From Felis catus (Eukaryota): a stretch of DNA of 64,000 nt. The translations under genes were made by a program, and so were the position numbers. This document shows positions 11,451 through 23,810 of the stretch, one piece after another (positions within the stretch are counted from its first letter, which is position 1; the number at the start of each line of letters is the position of its first letter). Under the pieces are notes generated by a model that was given only the letters and a program-made list of their open reading frames with translations, was not told the origin of the DNA and made no database searches. The stretch covers positions 155,064,001 to 155,128,000 of the forward strand of contig NC_058368.1 of NCBI RefSeq assembly GCF_018350175.1, read 5' to 3'.

Positions 11451-13734
11451 TATTATTAAAATAGATATGAATATTAAAATATTATATATATATGTTATAT
11501 AATTGTCTTTACATCTTCCCACTTTTTGATTCTTTTCTGTAATTCTGCAGTTTGGATTTCCTCAATGAAATGACCAAGTCATTAAGAAAATAAAGATGCT
11601 GAACTTTTATGAGAGAATCATTAAAGTGGCTTTGGATTAAATTTGACCTTTTAATTCTAAGCTTGAACCCTGAACAAAAGCAAATACAGAATTTTCTCAC
11701 TTATGGACAGAAGTCTCACACTATCTTTTTTTTTTTAAGAACATAACCCAAGTCTTCAGCAATAGGGTCATTTGCTATTGTTAATATTGGGAGAGGGAGA
11801 GAAGAAGTGAGGGAAAGAGAGAAAAAATTCTACTTATTCTCTGTGACTCCAAGATAGAAAACTAGACCAGTTCCAATTTTATAGAGTCTACAGTAATGAA
11901 CATAGTTCAGCCAGTAATCACTACCTAGTAAAAAGGCAGGGTATTTTTTCCAACCACACAAAACAACAGCAACCCATAAATTCTATAAAGACAGTTTAAA
12001 AGGCACTTAAGCATAGTTACATTAATATAAATATTTTAATCTTTTATATGCATAGTTGAGGTTCCCTTGAATTTCAGCCCCCTTCATTTCTTAAATAGCA
12101 CATCGTTTTGCCTAGCTGAAGGGTTGTTGTGTAAATATTGGTATTGTACTTTGAAGAAGAAAAAGGCTGTTGATTTTTAAGATGAATATTCAAATATTCT
12201 GACATCTTTGATAGTTGTTTAAGTAGATGAGCTCTGTGTGTGAGAACGTTTTACTGGTATATGTCTGGTGATTAAAAAGCTATCACATATTCTTACTGGA
12301 TGTTGCTCATTTAGCCATGGAAGAATTACTACACTTCAAACGTCCAATAATTCCTAAGATGCAAGAAATAGTATAATCTTGCTTCTTAGGGAACATACAT
12401 TCTATGGAGAAAAAAATACCCAAAATATATAGGAGCACTACTCAAAATTTTATCCATCTATTGTACGTATGTGTCAAATGTTTTCTTTTCCTTCTTGTTT
12501 GACCATCACATTTCTGGACCTTTTATGTGGATTAGGATGTTATGATTCTTAAAATAAAAATGTGTTAAGCTCACTGAATTTAAGAACATTAAAAAGTGAA
12601 CTCCTTCAGTGTATGAAATTATTCATGCTAGAGGCAAACCCCTTCGTATTTCATGTCAGAGACCTGGTGGGAATTTTCAAATAGAAATAGTAAGAAGGAA
12701 TGTGCTGATTATAATACATTTTCTTTTGAATAAAATTCCCGTGTTTTGTTTACAAAAAGGAACATCTACACATCAAGAAGAAAGCCTGATCTTAAACAGA
12801 ACCCAGTAATAGTTATAGCAGACCCAATTAGCAAACCTCTGAAAAGAGCCAGAAGAAAACATTTCCTCTTTCTCTTTGTTTATGTCACATTCCCGACTAT
12901 ATCCAAATCCAAACAGACATATTTTTCCATCAGTATTAGTCTACAGAGAAGCTAGTGGATAAAACAGAAGCTGTAGCCTGAAAGACAATGAATTTTGACC
13001 TCCTGGTCCATCCGTTACACAGAAAACTCTAACAGTGAATATTAAACTGAATAAGCAGTCTTGGGGCTTAATTTCTGGTTCCTTTTGAAGTTTATGTAAA
13101 AAAAAAATTACTTCTTTTTTCTCCTTTTCAGGGGAACTTTTTAAACCACTCGACTTTTATTTATGATTATATGAGAAGGAAGTTAGCCAGGGGTTAAAAA
13201 ATTTTTTGAGGTGGTGTGTTTATGTCAACTCTCAAACACAAAAGTAAAAGAATCAACACTGGAAGACGAAATTCACAAAACGGTTAGGCAAAATATCTCT
13301 GGATACCCAAAATTCCTTAAGAGGTCACTACTTACAGCCACCAATTAAATTTGAATTTCCTTTTGTCTAGGCTCTCAAACACTGGTGACCACACAAAAGA
13401 AGAAAGTTCTGAGCATGTAGAATGCACAGACACCGCAGTAGAGGAAACTCACCGAAAACCTTCCAGTCTAAATCTTTATAGAACATGGAACCATGTATTC
13501 TTTCTTTCCATCCTTTGATTTTATCTACATAATCTCATTAAATAATCTAAACAACCAGAAGAGATGGCTGATACGCTAACATCCCAAAAGGGGATTATTT
13601 CATCCATAAGGAGAGCAACTGAAGGAAGTCAGGGTCCACCCAAGATCCCAGTTTTTGTGAAAACTTGCCCCCATCACTGAACAAGGGTGATGATGGCAGA
13701 ACAGAAACCCAAGGAGCCCTAAAATGAAGAAAGC

Positions 13735-13965
13735 AGGCTGTGGTCTAGTGAGAAGGGCACAGAGATAACCCCAGAGCAATGTAGCTGCAGTCTGACTCCG
13801 TTGCTGTTACTGTGCAAATTTGAGCAGGCTATATACGGTGGCTAAGACTCCATTTCTCGTCTATAAAATGTACTACTTTTTAGATCTGTTTCAAGAACTA
13901 AATGAGATGATGTTTATAATGAATGTGGCACCGTGGTGGAAATAGTAAATGTGAGCATTTATTTG
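13735..13965 (+). mobile_element. MIR SINE
   Basis: MIR core ccatttctcgtctataaaatg...aagaactaaatgagatgatgtttat. Confidence 0.6.
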
Positions 13966-16900
13966 TATCATTAAACACCCAGCCGATAGTAGTACCTATA
14001 TTCAGAATATTAGTCCCAATCTTTTGCCTTCTTCTTAAACAGAAATGGTTAGAAATGTTTTTTTTTAATATATATATTTTCATGATCAGTTAAGACTTAT
14101 CTGTATACTTGTAGCTCCAGCAGCTCTGGAAATTCTTTTTTTTAAAAGGTGTTTTCTGGTGAACAAAAAGGAAGACTGAAGAGTCATCCAACCCCTACCA
14201 ACTTGGAGACAGTTGATTCTAGAGGCCTCGGATATCCACAGAGTCCTAAAGGCTGGGAATCTGTAGAGTGGCTCTGAAATGTGTATCTAGAAGTCTCTGA
14301 AGCAGGCAGTCTTGTCGAGATCTCCCAGGCCAGGAGACAGTGTCAAGGGCAAGGCTGCAAAAGGCCCACTGCCCAAGCACAGGTCCCCTATCACTGTCTT
14401 TGAATGTCACCGACTGATTATACAGCAAAAGGTAGTTGGGTTGCTCAGAACAGGTAACAATTCAGTTATTTAAAACGCTTGTCTATGCTACCTGGAAGGG
14501 GCTCCCAAGAGCAGGTTAGCATAGATTAATTTGTCAGATTAGATAGCTGACATCTGAGGCCCTGAGGGGAAACTTTCTGTGTAAGGAAATGAGTGCAGGC
14601 ACCAAGGAAAGCGTAGGAGGGAGAGTCCGAAAAGAGAGGAGAGGGGCAGCAATATCAAATTCCATTGGACCACGTTGACCACACTTGACCCTGGAAGGAA
14701 AGGATCTGTCTACAGAAGTGCCAGAGAATTAAACTAGATCGTTGACAAAGTCCCAACAACTCAGTAAGAAAAAAATAAATCATTAATTGATGGCAAAGGG
14801 GATCTCCTCCTTACGAACCAGCCCAAGGACATGCAAGAGAAAGTATCTTGCCTGTATTATTTCCAACACTTTTTAGTAATATGAATATGCTACAGAAAAA
14901 TGAGATCTGTAAGTGAAGGATAATATTGTTCTGGGGAAACAAAAGAGAATGAACCGCTTACAGAAGAATACCTGAGAAGCACTGTTACACATCAAATACC
15001 ACAGGCTCCCTTTTGCCTTCTCTGGCAGAGTTTTGGCCACTGACAAACAGCAAAATACGGGGTAGAACGCAAGATGATATATATGCCATAAAAGTCCACA
15101 ACATATTCCATCGAGCTAACAAAATCTTAAGTAATGTTAAGAGATCTACTCTAAAATGTGTAAATATGTTACCCAACTGAAATTTTGTTCATGTATCAAA
15201 ATGCTAATTACAGTTTTGTAGCTATTTGGCATCAGTTAATTTCCCACAGGAAACAAAGAACTCGAAAGGTCATTACAGGCCCACTTGCTATGTTGTAAAT
15301 TTAAAAATAATGGAAAGATGCCCTCTTTGCTCTTAGTGAATATACCACGTGTGTCAAAAGGTAACAGAAAACTAATATTTTGGATTCCAATAACTAGAAT
15401 TTGGGAGAGGGAATCCGTTCCATAAGATAGAATATATTTGTTAATTTTTTACTCAGGAAATTTTTCTTTTTCATTTTTGTAAAATAGTCTTAAGGACGTA
15501 GAACTATTTTCTCAGTAGGAAAAAACATCTGATACTCAGATATGAACCAGCTGATTAGTTATGAGGTAAGTCGAAAGTAATATTTGCATCTCTTTAAATG
15601 CTCGTGTATACATTTGTCATCACTGAGTGAGGCTTTGTCCATTTAGCCACAGCAAGCTTCAGCAGAATTTGAGGAGTGAGTCAGAACAGCCCTAGGAGCC
15701 AAAAAGGCCATTTGCTCTCACAATCTTTTACACAGCGGAATCCAAGCATAATCAAAGGACACCAGTATCCTTCACTATTTCAATAAATAAACATGAGTGA
15801 AAGAAAAACACATGCAAAAAGATCTAATCACAAAAATCCTTTGTTACATTACATATTCAGCTTTGAGCACTAGTTTTAAAAAGACGATTCAGGCTTGGGA
15901 AACATTAGTTTGCAGGCCATCTAGTCAATTTCCTACAAATGTTGAATGGCTAATCATTAGAATAATTTTATAGGGCTTTTTGTTGAGTTATTGTTGTTTT
16001 TAATCTTCAGTTAAATGACTCACCAATGGAGTCAGCAGTGAACATTGTTATCATTGGTATAAAATCTCTCTGTTTTTCATTTGGGAGCATAATTCTGTTA
16101 TTCTTATTCTCTCAGTTGTGTTGTTAATGAGTCCTAAAAATAATCGTTGTATAACCACTGTTATTCATCACTAAGCTCAGAATTTAGAAACTTAAAAAAA
16201 AAAAAAAAACATTGACTGAAGAGTCAAGATGCGAGAAATAGACAAGAGACATGGTTTTCTGGGTGAGCTGCCCTGTTGTAAGCACACTCACCTTCTGTCT
16301 TTAGGATATGAAGTTCATGCCCAGATTATATGGGTGACGTGAAAGAGTTAATGAACTTCTGCCAAAGTGAGCAATGTGGTCCTTCCTCACTGATAAGATC
16401 AAGACCAATATCTTTCCCAAGTAGTGTTGAGTAGCAATGAACTTCGTCATCCTTGGGAACAGAGCTTGACAGACATTGTCAGATTCTCACTCCTGAGGTA
16501 TCATTGTCATTCACTCTGCATTAACCCCGCTAGGAGCTACTGCTGGATTTAGCCTTCAAAGTCTCCTCATTATTTGACAAGTTAGAAGAGGTAGTGGAAC
16601 TACTAGTAATTGGGGAACTACAACTCCATCCCAGCAAGTGACCTTGTCCCCAAACTAAGCTCTGGCTGGCCCCAGGTAGAACACCTTAATTGGCAGAGTA
16701 GTTATTATTGCGGCTCTTCAACAGGAGTATCCCAGGGAAGGAATGGGTGAGAAGAATTTCAGCACAATGCAGTGTGGATGAAATGCTGATAACTCCATCT
16801 GAGGCTGGCATATTGTGTGCAAGTGTCACTAGCTTTGGATTTGTCTCTGTCACTTATTTTCCATCTCAAAAAAAGGAACTTGATTTAGAGCTTCAAAAAA

Positions 16901-17700
16901 CCAAGTCCAAATGAATGAGAGGTGAACAGATTCAAAAATGTTTTAAGTAGGAGGTCAAATTCCTTTCTGCCCTCCTGTTTTAAAAACCTGACCCCTCAGC
17001 ACAGAGTCAGATTGATGTGAAGTTGATATTCAAATAACTTTGGTAAAAACTTTTAATTAGTTTTTACACTTTCCAGACCTCTGTGCTCCTAAGTACCATC
17101 TGAAGCTGGAAACTACAAATAATACAGAAGCTATTTCTTGATTCCTAATAGTTTGTTTTCATGATCAAGTGGATTAAACATTTTAGATCTCACTAGAAAG
17201 CTCTGAGACCTAAAAAGTTTGAATACTAATGAGAAGATTTTCATAAATACCTTAACCTTGAAATGCCTCGTCATAATTAAAAATAAATAAACATGCAGAG
17301 TTTGTCCAGCACTTTAATTAAGAGAACATCTTTTTGGTTATAAGTGTATGAAATATTAAAGTTCTGTGGCATATTCTGAACTTTAGCTCCAAGTCTGTTG
17401 GTTTCCTAAAAGCAATGCTATAGTTACATTGGTCTTTTGACATGCAAAACTATACGTGTCTTAATCTCCTTCCTAAAGTTTGAAATATTCGTTTGTAATT
17501 TAGCTACCAATGCAAATGGCACAATGCTCCTCCCGCTGCTACTAAAGAAGTCCAATCTCGTCCGTGTACTTTATCACCATGCGTGATTGCAGAAGTGTGG
17601 AATAGGAACATCAACAAAATGGACACACCGTAGCTATTCGCCAGAATAATGCAACATGAGGCAGAGGGTGCTAATTTCCAGGAGCATTTCCGTATACTTT

Positions 17701-17749
17701 TTTTTTAAGTTTATTTATTTTAAGAAAGAGAGCACAAGTGACAGAGGGG

Positions 17750-17807
<58 letters not shown>

Positions 17808-17935
17808 ATCCCACACAGGCTTCACACTGTCAGCACAGAGCCCGACACGGGACTCGAACTCATGAACCGAGAGATTATGACCCGAGCTGAAGTCAAGAGT
17901 TGGACACTTAACTGACTGAGCCACCCAGAAACCCC
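17701..17935 (-). mobile_element. Felid Can-SINE (SINEC_Fc2-like) with expanded (GA)n
   Basis: gagaatcccacacaggcttcacactgtcagcacagagcccgac...gagccaccc; TSD tccgtatacttt. Confidence 0.95.
17752..17807. repeat. (GA)n microsatellite inside SINE
   Basis: Direct observation. Confidence 0.95.
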
Positions 17936-18591
17936 TCCGTATACTTTCTAAGGAAAATACAATTTATGTTATCCTTTGTTAGACTTAATTTACTGATCTA
18001 AGTAGAGTTTTAAATACCTACTAAAATTTCATAGTGTTTCATAAATTATTTGCATTCTATAGGCAAAAAAAAACAGAAATGGGGCTATCTCTCTTACCTT
18101 CTGATGGTAAGGGGGCAGGGATCGAGACAGGCAATCAAAAAAGTTGAGGCAAAGAATAAAAGATGAAAAATACACTTATCTTCAAATTTTAAGTATAAGA
18201 TTATCATATAAAGGTAGATATGTAAGTCTAAGTTATCCAAACACACTAGATCATTTTGTAACTGTTGTTTTGCCACTATCAAAGAAATATGGCCTGGATT
18301 AATTTAGTTATAGCAAATGTATATAAAAAGCCAAAATTTTTAGGCTTGTCAAGCTCAGATGTTGTATATTAGAGATCTAATTGCAATCTAACAGGATGTG
18401 TTCTTTAGTCTCTACGTGTGTGTTCTTTAGCTTCTATGGTTGGCTCTCAGGAGTGAGAAGGGCAATTGAATTCATGTTTATGTTCTTCTTTATTTTACAC
18501 TAATTGTGGGAATCCTGGGCATTTCCAGGTGCAAAGAAAAGACCACCAGTCTTTGACATGCCCAGGAAAATGTCAGCTCCTGGGACAGTAG

Positions 18592-18711
18592 CTGCAACCA
18601 ACAGTCTCACTTTGCCCAAGACAAAGACAGGATCCTGGGACACCAGACTTAGAGGGCTGAGTGTTAAAACTGGGAAAGTCCTCAGTAAACCAAGACAGGT
18701 CGGTCACTCCA
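18592..18711. mobile_element. MER81 (hAT-Blackjack MITE)
   Basis: accaacagtctcactttgcccaagac...agtgttaaaactgggaaagtcc...aaaccaagacaggtcggtcactc follows the MER81 layout. Confidence 0.65.
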
Positions 18712-20322
18712 GAAGAGAGCACAACTAAATTCCTATAGGTGTGCTTATCAAACTTTCCCCCAGCAGACTCGTAGCCAATCCAAAAGGGCTTCTCTTTACT
18801 TTAGAGAAATAAAGGGTGTGATGGGGAATTTGTTTATAGTGTCGATCTTAATATAGAGAATGAGGGAATACGGGGAGATTTTGTATTCTCCTCAATGGCC
18901 TTTTCTAAGTGTTTCCTTTGCATCTTCTGAACCCTTGTTCTTAAACATTGCCAAGCATTCTTTACAAGTGTGAATAATACTTCTGGAACCAGAGAGCTGT
19001 GCTTTATAAAGCAGTAGAAAGCTGAATATAGTACACATTCCATGTGTTTTATCCCAATAAAATACAATGGTTAGCTACATTGTTTGTTCTAAAAGTCTTT
19101 TAATATTCCATTTTTTCCTCATGGCCATAAGCTAGAAAATTGTCAGAAAGAATCTTAACAGTGATGTGGCCTAAACCCATAATAAAGTACATATCAGAGT
19201 CCCAGGTAACAGTTGAGAGATTACTAAGTAGTAAGGGTCTGGGCAGAATATCCTGTAATTTCTTCTCAGTAGTCTTTCGAAAACTGAGATACACAGCTAC
19301 AGCCCCTGCTAAATTAAACATTTCAGCCCAGCTTACGAGCGCCACAATACACAGGTAGAAGTAATAAGTAATAATGAGTTTTGGGCCATTTAACACTGTG
19401 AATTTTCCCAGTGTACTGCAATTATAGAAACATCTGTGCTAAATAAGTTCCTACTGAAAACTAGGAGTGTTTAATAATCCTCACAATTTCTCATTACCAA
19501 CCCTAATAGAAGAGAGAGTAAACTCTGCAAAAGTTTACCATTTTCAAAGAAAATTGCCAGGAACGTGATCATTTCTGGTACCACATTTCCCTGGACAATA
19601 AAAATACCAGAGACAATCTCCTCGGAAAAGAACATTAAATGGCAGCGTTAATAACATGTACCATAGCGCAAGGCAAATAATGCCACTTGTAACAGCCAGA
19701 CCGTTCTGGCTAGAGTTTCCCCTGTGCTACAGCCTGACAAACAGGAGATTGATGATGCTCCTCCAGTCTTCTCCACTGCTCCTGACAGGAGAGGGCTGGT
19801 CTAAAAATACACACAGCTTTTCTCATACCTGTCCTAACCACCAAAGCCCCAACTGAAATAGCTCCACACCAGCTGATTGCTTCCCACAGGACTCATTCCA
19901 AAACAAGGATAGGTGTGCAGGCCGGGATCTGAATAACATTAACAACCTCTAATGGCCAAGTATTGCTACTGAGAGGGATGTCATTCCCCTGGAGAAATGT
20001 GAGAGACTTGGCTGTGACTATCAATGGTTGAATAGGTGCCTCTATAATTAGTTTGGGAACAATACAGCAGACATTGCTTTGGAAGAAGGTAGCATATGAT
20101 AGCCGGTGAATGTCCATAGCTGTAACTAGTCTGTGAAGACAAGCGGACAAACAAAGCCCATCATAAATTATGACTCCTTCATTATTATCAAGAAGAAATG
20201 GTGATTTGCATCCAAGCCTGTCAAAATAATAGCTGGCTTGAGTTCTATGATTCAAGTGGTAGCTTCACTAATGTCAGACCAGACAACAAAAACTATAAAA
20301 CATGGTTAAGGTGCTTTGGAAC

Positions 20323-20730
20323 TGCGATGGTTAATTTTGTATATCTTCTTGGCTGGGCCAAGTGCTCAGATATGCAAACATTATTCAGGATGTTTCTGTG
20401 GCGGTGTTTTTGGATGACATTGACATTTAAATTGGTGGACTTTGGGCAAACCAAATTACCCTCTGTAACGTAGGTGGGCCTCATCCAGTCAGCTGAAGGC
20501 CTTAATAGAACAAAAGACTGAATTTTCTTGAACAAGGGGGAATTCTGCCAGTAAATGGCCTTGGACTTGATTTATAACACGGGCATTTCCCTAAGTCTCC
20601 AGCCTCCTGCCCAAACTTCAGATTTTGGACTTCCCAGTCTCCATAATTGTGCAAGCCAATTCTCTAAAACCAATCAATTAGTCAATCGACCAAACCTCTT
20701 GGTTCTGTTTCTCTAGAGAACACTAATACT
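20323..20730 (+). mobile_element. MLT2-family (MLT2D-like) ERVL solo LTR
   Basis: Starts tgcgatggttaatttt, contains gtgggcctcatccagtcagctgaaggccttaatagaacaaaagactga, ends ggttctgtttctctagagaacactaatac(t); perfect 5-bp TSD ggaac. Confidence 0.9.
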
Positions 20731-20794
20731 GGAACAAAATCAATATTCTAGTTCTATTCAATGCGATGTATTCTGCTAATTACTATTAGCGATA

Positions 20795-20992
20795 TCTAGT
20801 ATTTACTACGTACCAAGTACCATGTTACGTGCATTTCATGTGCATACATGATACTATCTTCACTGGACAGACAGAAACGGAGGCTTACTGAGATTGGTCA
20901 AAAAGTTCAAGACCATATAGGTAGTAAGCGGTAAAAACAGTACACAGGCAGGCCCAGTTCTGGCCCTTTCAGACCCTAAGCTCCCCACTGCT
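20795..20992 (-). mobile_element. MIR SINE
   Basis: Antisense MIR: tactacgtaccaagtaccatgt...cagaaacggaggctt...aagaccatataggtagtaagcgg. Confidence 0.65.
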
Positions 20993-21809
20993 ATGATAGT
21001 CTGCCTTTCCAATAAAGTAATAGCAAAAAAAGAGAAATGCTTGCCTTCAAAATATACACATTTTGTTGGCGGAAGGAGTTTTATCCCTAACCACTTTTGT
21101 TGCTTGCTTTGCAAGAAAAGAGCCAGACTCTGGGCTTCATCTATCCTGCAGTGCTCAGTTCAGCTTGCTCAACAAGTACAGGCATTACCTGCCTTAAATT
21201 ATTTACACTCTTAGGCCATTGTCTTTTTCATATGTCAAATGCACATGCCACAGGAAAAGTCCCTTAACCTATCTGGGCCTCAATTTATTTTTATCTATTA
21301 AAAAGAAAGAGAGAAAGAAATTCAGCCTAAGTGATCAGTAGGCTCCCTTACAGCCTGGATTAGGTGAGGGAGCCTCAGTTTGAATAGAAAAATATTACTT
21401 GCTTTAAAAATTCTCTTGAGAACTAAATAAGAATAAATTTGAAAGTGTGGGACAAAATGAAAAGGCATTAGGCACATATTTGATCTTCTAAAAATCGCTT
21501 AAAAGAAAATACTGCTTTGCTCAATGTGGGAACGCAAGTAATAATTTGAATAAAGTTTTGATTCCTGTGATTGTGATTCATGAAGCATTCTCACATGGAG
21601 GATTGATAAGCTTGGTTCAAAGAGATTTTTACTGCTTTGTGGAGGTGCTGCATTCACGAACTCCTCTTACTATAATATATTTCCATGAAGTCCTGCTCCT
21701 AAAATCAACCCAGAATGACCTACTCTCCTGCTGCCCCCACCCTCCTCTCCCCAAAATCTCCCTATCCATCTCAGCCACCCTGAGAATATCTGGAACACCG
21801 CCTTGACTA

Positions 21810-21965
21810 TGTCATTATTTACATCCTGTCCCCCAAATTCCACTCCCATTTGATAGTAAGTGTCATGAAGGCAGAAACAGTATCTTCAATTCTTCAGTGC
21901 CTACCGCCTAACACAGTACCTAGCACTTAATTAGATAGTAAGTGCTCGTATTGGTGAACCGAGTA
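21810..21965 (+). mobile_element. L2 3' terminus
   Basis: gatagtaagtgtcatgaaggcagaaacagtatct...cctaacacagtacctagcact. Confidence 0.65.
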
Positions 21966-22029
21966 AAAAAATGACTGAGAGGCTTGGTTCAAATTACTTT
22001 CCACAATGACTCAAGTTGGTATTTAAAAG

Positions 22030-22135
22030 TCATTATGATAGCTAGCATTTATTTTGCTTTTCTTTGTGCTGGCATGATCCTCGGTGATTTGTATATGATG
22101 TCTCATTTAATCGTAACTTATGAGGTAGTGACACG
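22030..22135 (-). mobile_element. MIR fragment
   Basis: gctagcatttatt...tctcatttaatcgtaacttatgaggtag. Confidence 0.5.
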
Positions 22136-22187
22136 GGTAGCATTCCAATCACAAAACCATTTTCTTCTGTGTTTAAGAAGACATGAT

Positions 22188-22860
22188 TTTTTTTAAATAC
22201 CATGTTATTGTGATAAGGACACTCACCACAAGATCTACCCTCTTAACACATCTTTGAATGTATGATATTGTTGACCTTAGGTTCAATGTCGTACAGGAGA
22301 TTTCTAGCACTTATTTCTCTTGCTTAACTGCCTATTAAATAGTAACTCCTCATCTTGCCCTGCCTTCGGCTCCTGGCAATACCATTCCAATCTTTGATTC
22401 TATGAATTTGAGTATTTTAGATGCCTCACAAAAGTGGAATCATGCACTATTTGTCTTTTTTTAGCAGCTTATTTCACTTGGCATAATGTCCTCAAGGTTC
22501 ATCCATATTGTGGCATATCGCAGAATTTTCTTCTTTTATAAAGCTAATATTCCATTGCATGTATATACCACATTTTCTTTATCCGCTCATCTGCTGATGG
22601 ACATTTAGCTTGTTTCTGCATATTAGCTATCGTCAATAGTGCTACTATGAATAATTCTTTTGAGTAATCTCAGAAGAGAAATTGCCAAATTATATATTAA
22701 ATCATATTGAATCATAATCATTAAATTAAAGATCATTTAATTAAAAAATAGAATTTTTAATTTTTTGAGGAAATCCATACTGTTTTCCATAGAGGCTGCA
22801 CCATTTTGCATTCTCATCAACAGTGCATGAGGGTACCAATGTTTCCACATGCTTACCAAC
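22188..22860 (-). mobile_element. L1 (L1MA10/L1MB-like) 3' fragment
   Basis: aagatctaccctcttaaca...aagtggaatcatgcactatttgtc...ccatactgttttccatagaggctgcaccattttgcattc. Confidence 0.9.
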
Positions 22861-22924
22861 TAAACATTCCCTATCCTTCCTAAATCTGGTTCTGCAAACT
22901 TCCTTTCTACCCTAAGGTCCTCCC

Positions 22925-23010
22925 CAGTATTTTCCCCCAAAATTTTCCTTTTGTTTTACTTGGAAAAAGTCAGTTCTGTTGCATACAACCATAGGGTCCT
23001 AATTAACACA
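22925..23010 (+). mobile_element. MaLR (MLT1) LTR 3' terminus
   Basis: ttctgttgcatacaaccatagggtcctaattaacaca resembles an MLT1 3' end. Confidence 0.45.
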
Positions 23011-23156
23011 CAACCCTTGCCCCTGGAGAGCAGAATCCTCTCTTGCCATTCAAAGCACCTGCTATTATCTCTGTGGCCCACAAGGCAAAAGCATAATAGA
23101 AATGCAATTCACATATTGGGAAGTGGATGGCTCTCCTCCAAAGATTTGTTTTCATT

Positions 23157-23312
23157 CAGGGTCTGTGACTAGAATAAAGTAAGCAAGCACCTGTAGCACA
23201 AAACTTAAGAAGGCACTCACTTTCATGATCACGTAAGTGCAGGTTCAGCTGCTGAGAGTGTTTCCTAAAGTGTAGTATTATACACGCCTTCTTGCCTCAC
23301 CCATGCCCAGAT
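23157..23312. mobile_element. MER91 (hAT-Tip100) palindromic MITE
   Basis: gcacaaaacttaagaaggcactcact...aagtgc...tgagagtg...cttgcctcaccc. Confidence 0.7.
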
Positions 23313-23810
23313 GTTTTACAGAGGTGTGTGTCTTCCAGGAGGAAATGTTTCTGGCTGTAGGCCCACGAGACTTCATATTGTGTCAATTCTTTCCCAGGTA
23401 CTGCAATGTCAAGCCTGAAGATGTAGTTTTGCTGTGAGGACCTGTGAGCATTAGAGGCTACAAAGGACACTTGAGGATTTTGAGGGATTACCCAATTAAC
23501 TCCTCAGGCCCTAAACATGGCTGTCTCCTGCTGTGGTCACATTAGGCTGGATTCATGCAAGTTCCAGAGTATATACTGGCTGGTGTTCCATCAAACAATA
23601 CTGAACAATTAGGAAGGGAATGTGCTTCCTAAGTCACCTAGCAACCACAAAATATTTTAGGAGGACCAACAACATGAGGCCTCACCAAAATCACGGATAG
23701 AAATGTAGTTGCTCCTTGGAGAACTAATGGTGAATGAAGCAGGAAAAATTTCAACAGGACTTAAGCAGGAACTTCTTAATTAGGGGAGCAATAAAACATA
23801 GGAGACTTTA

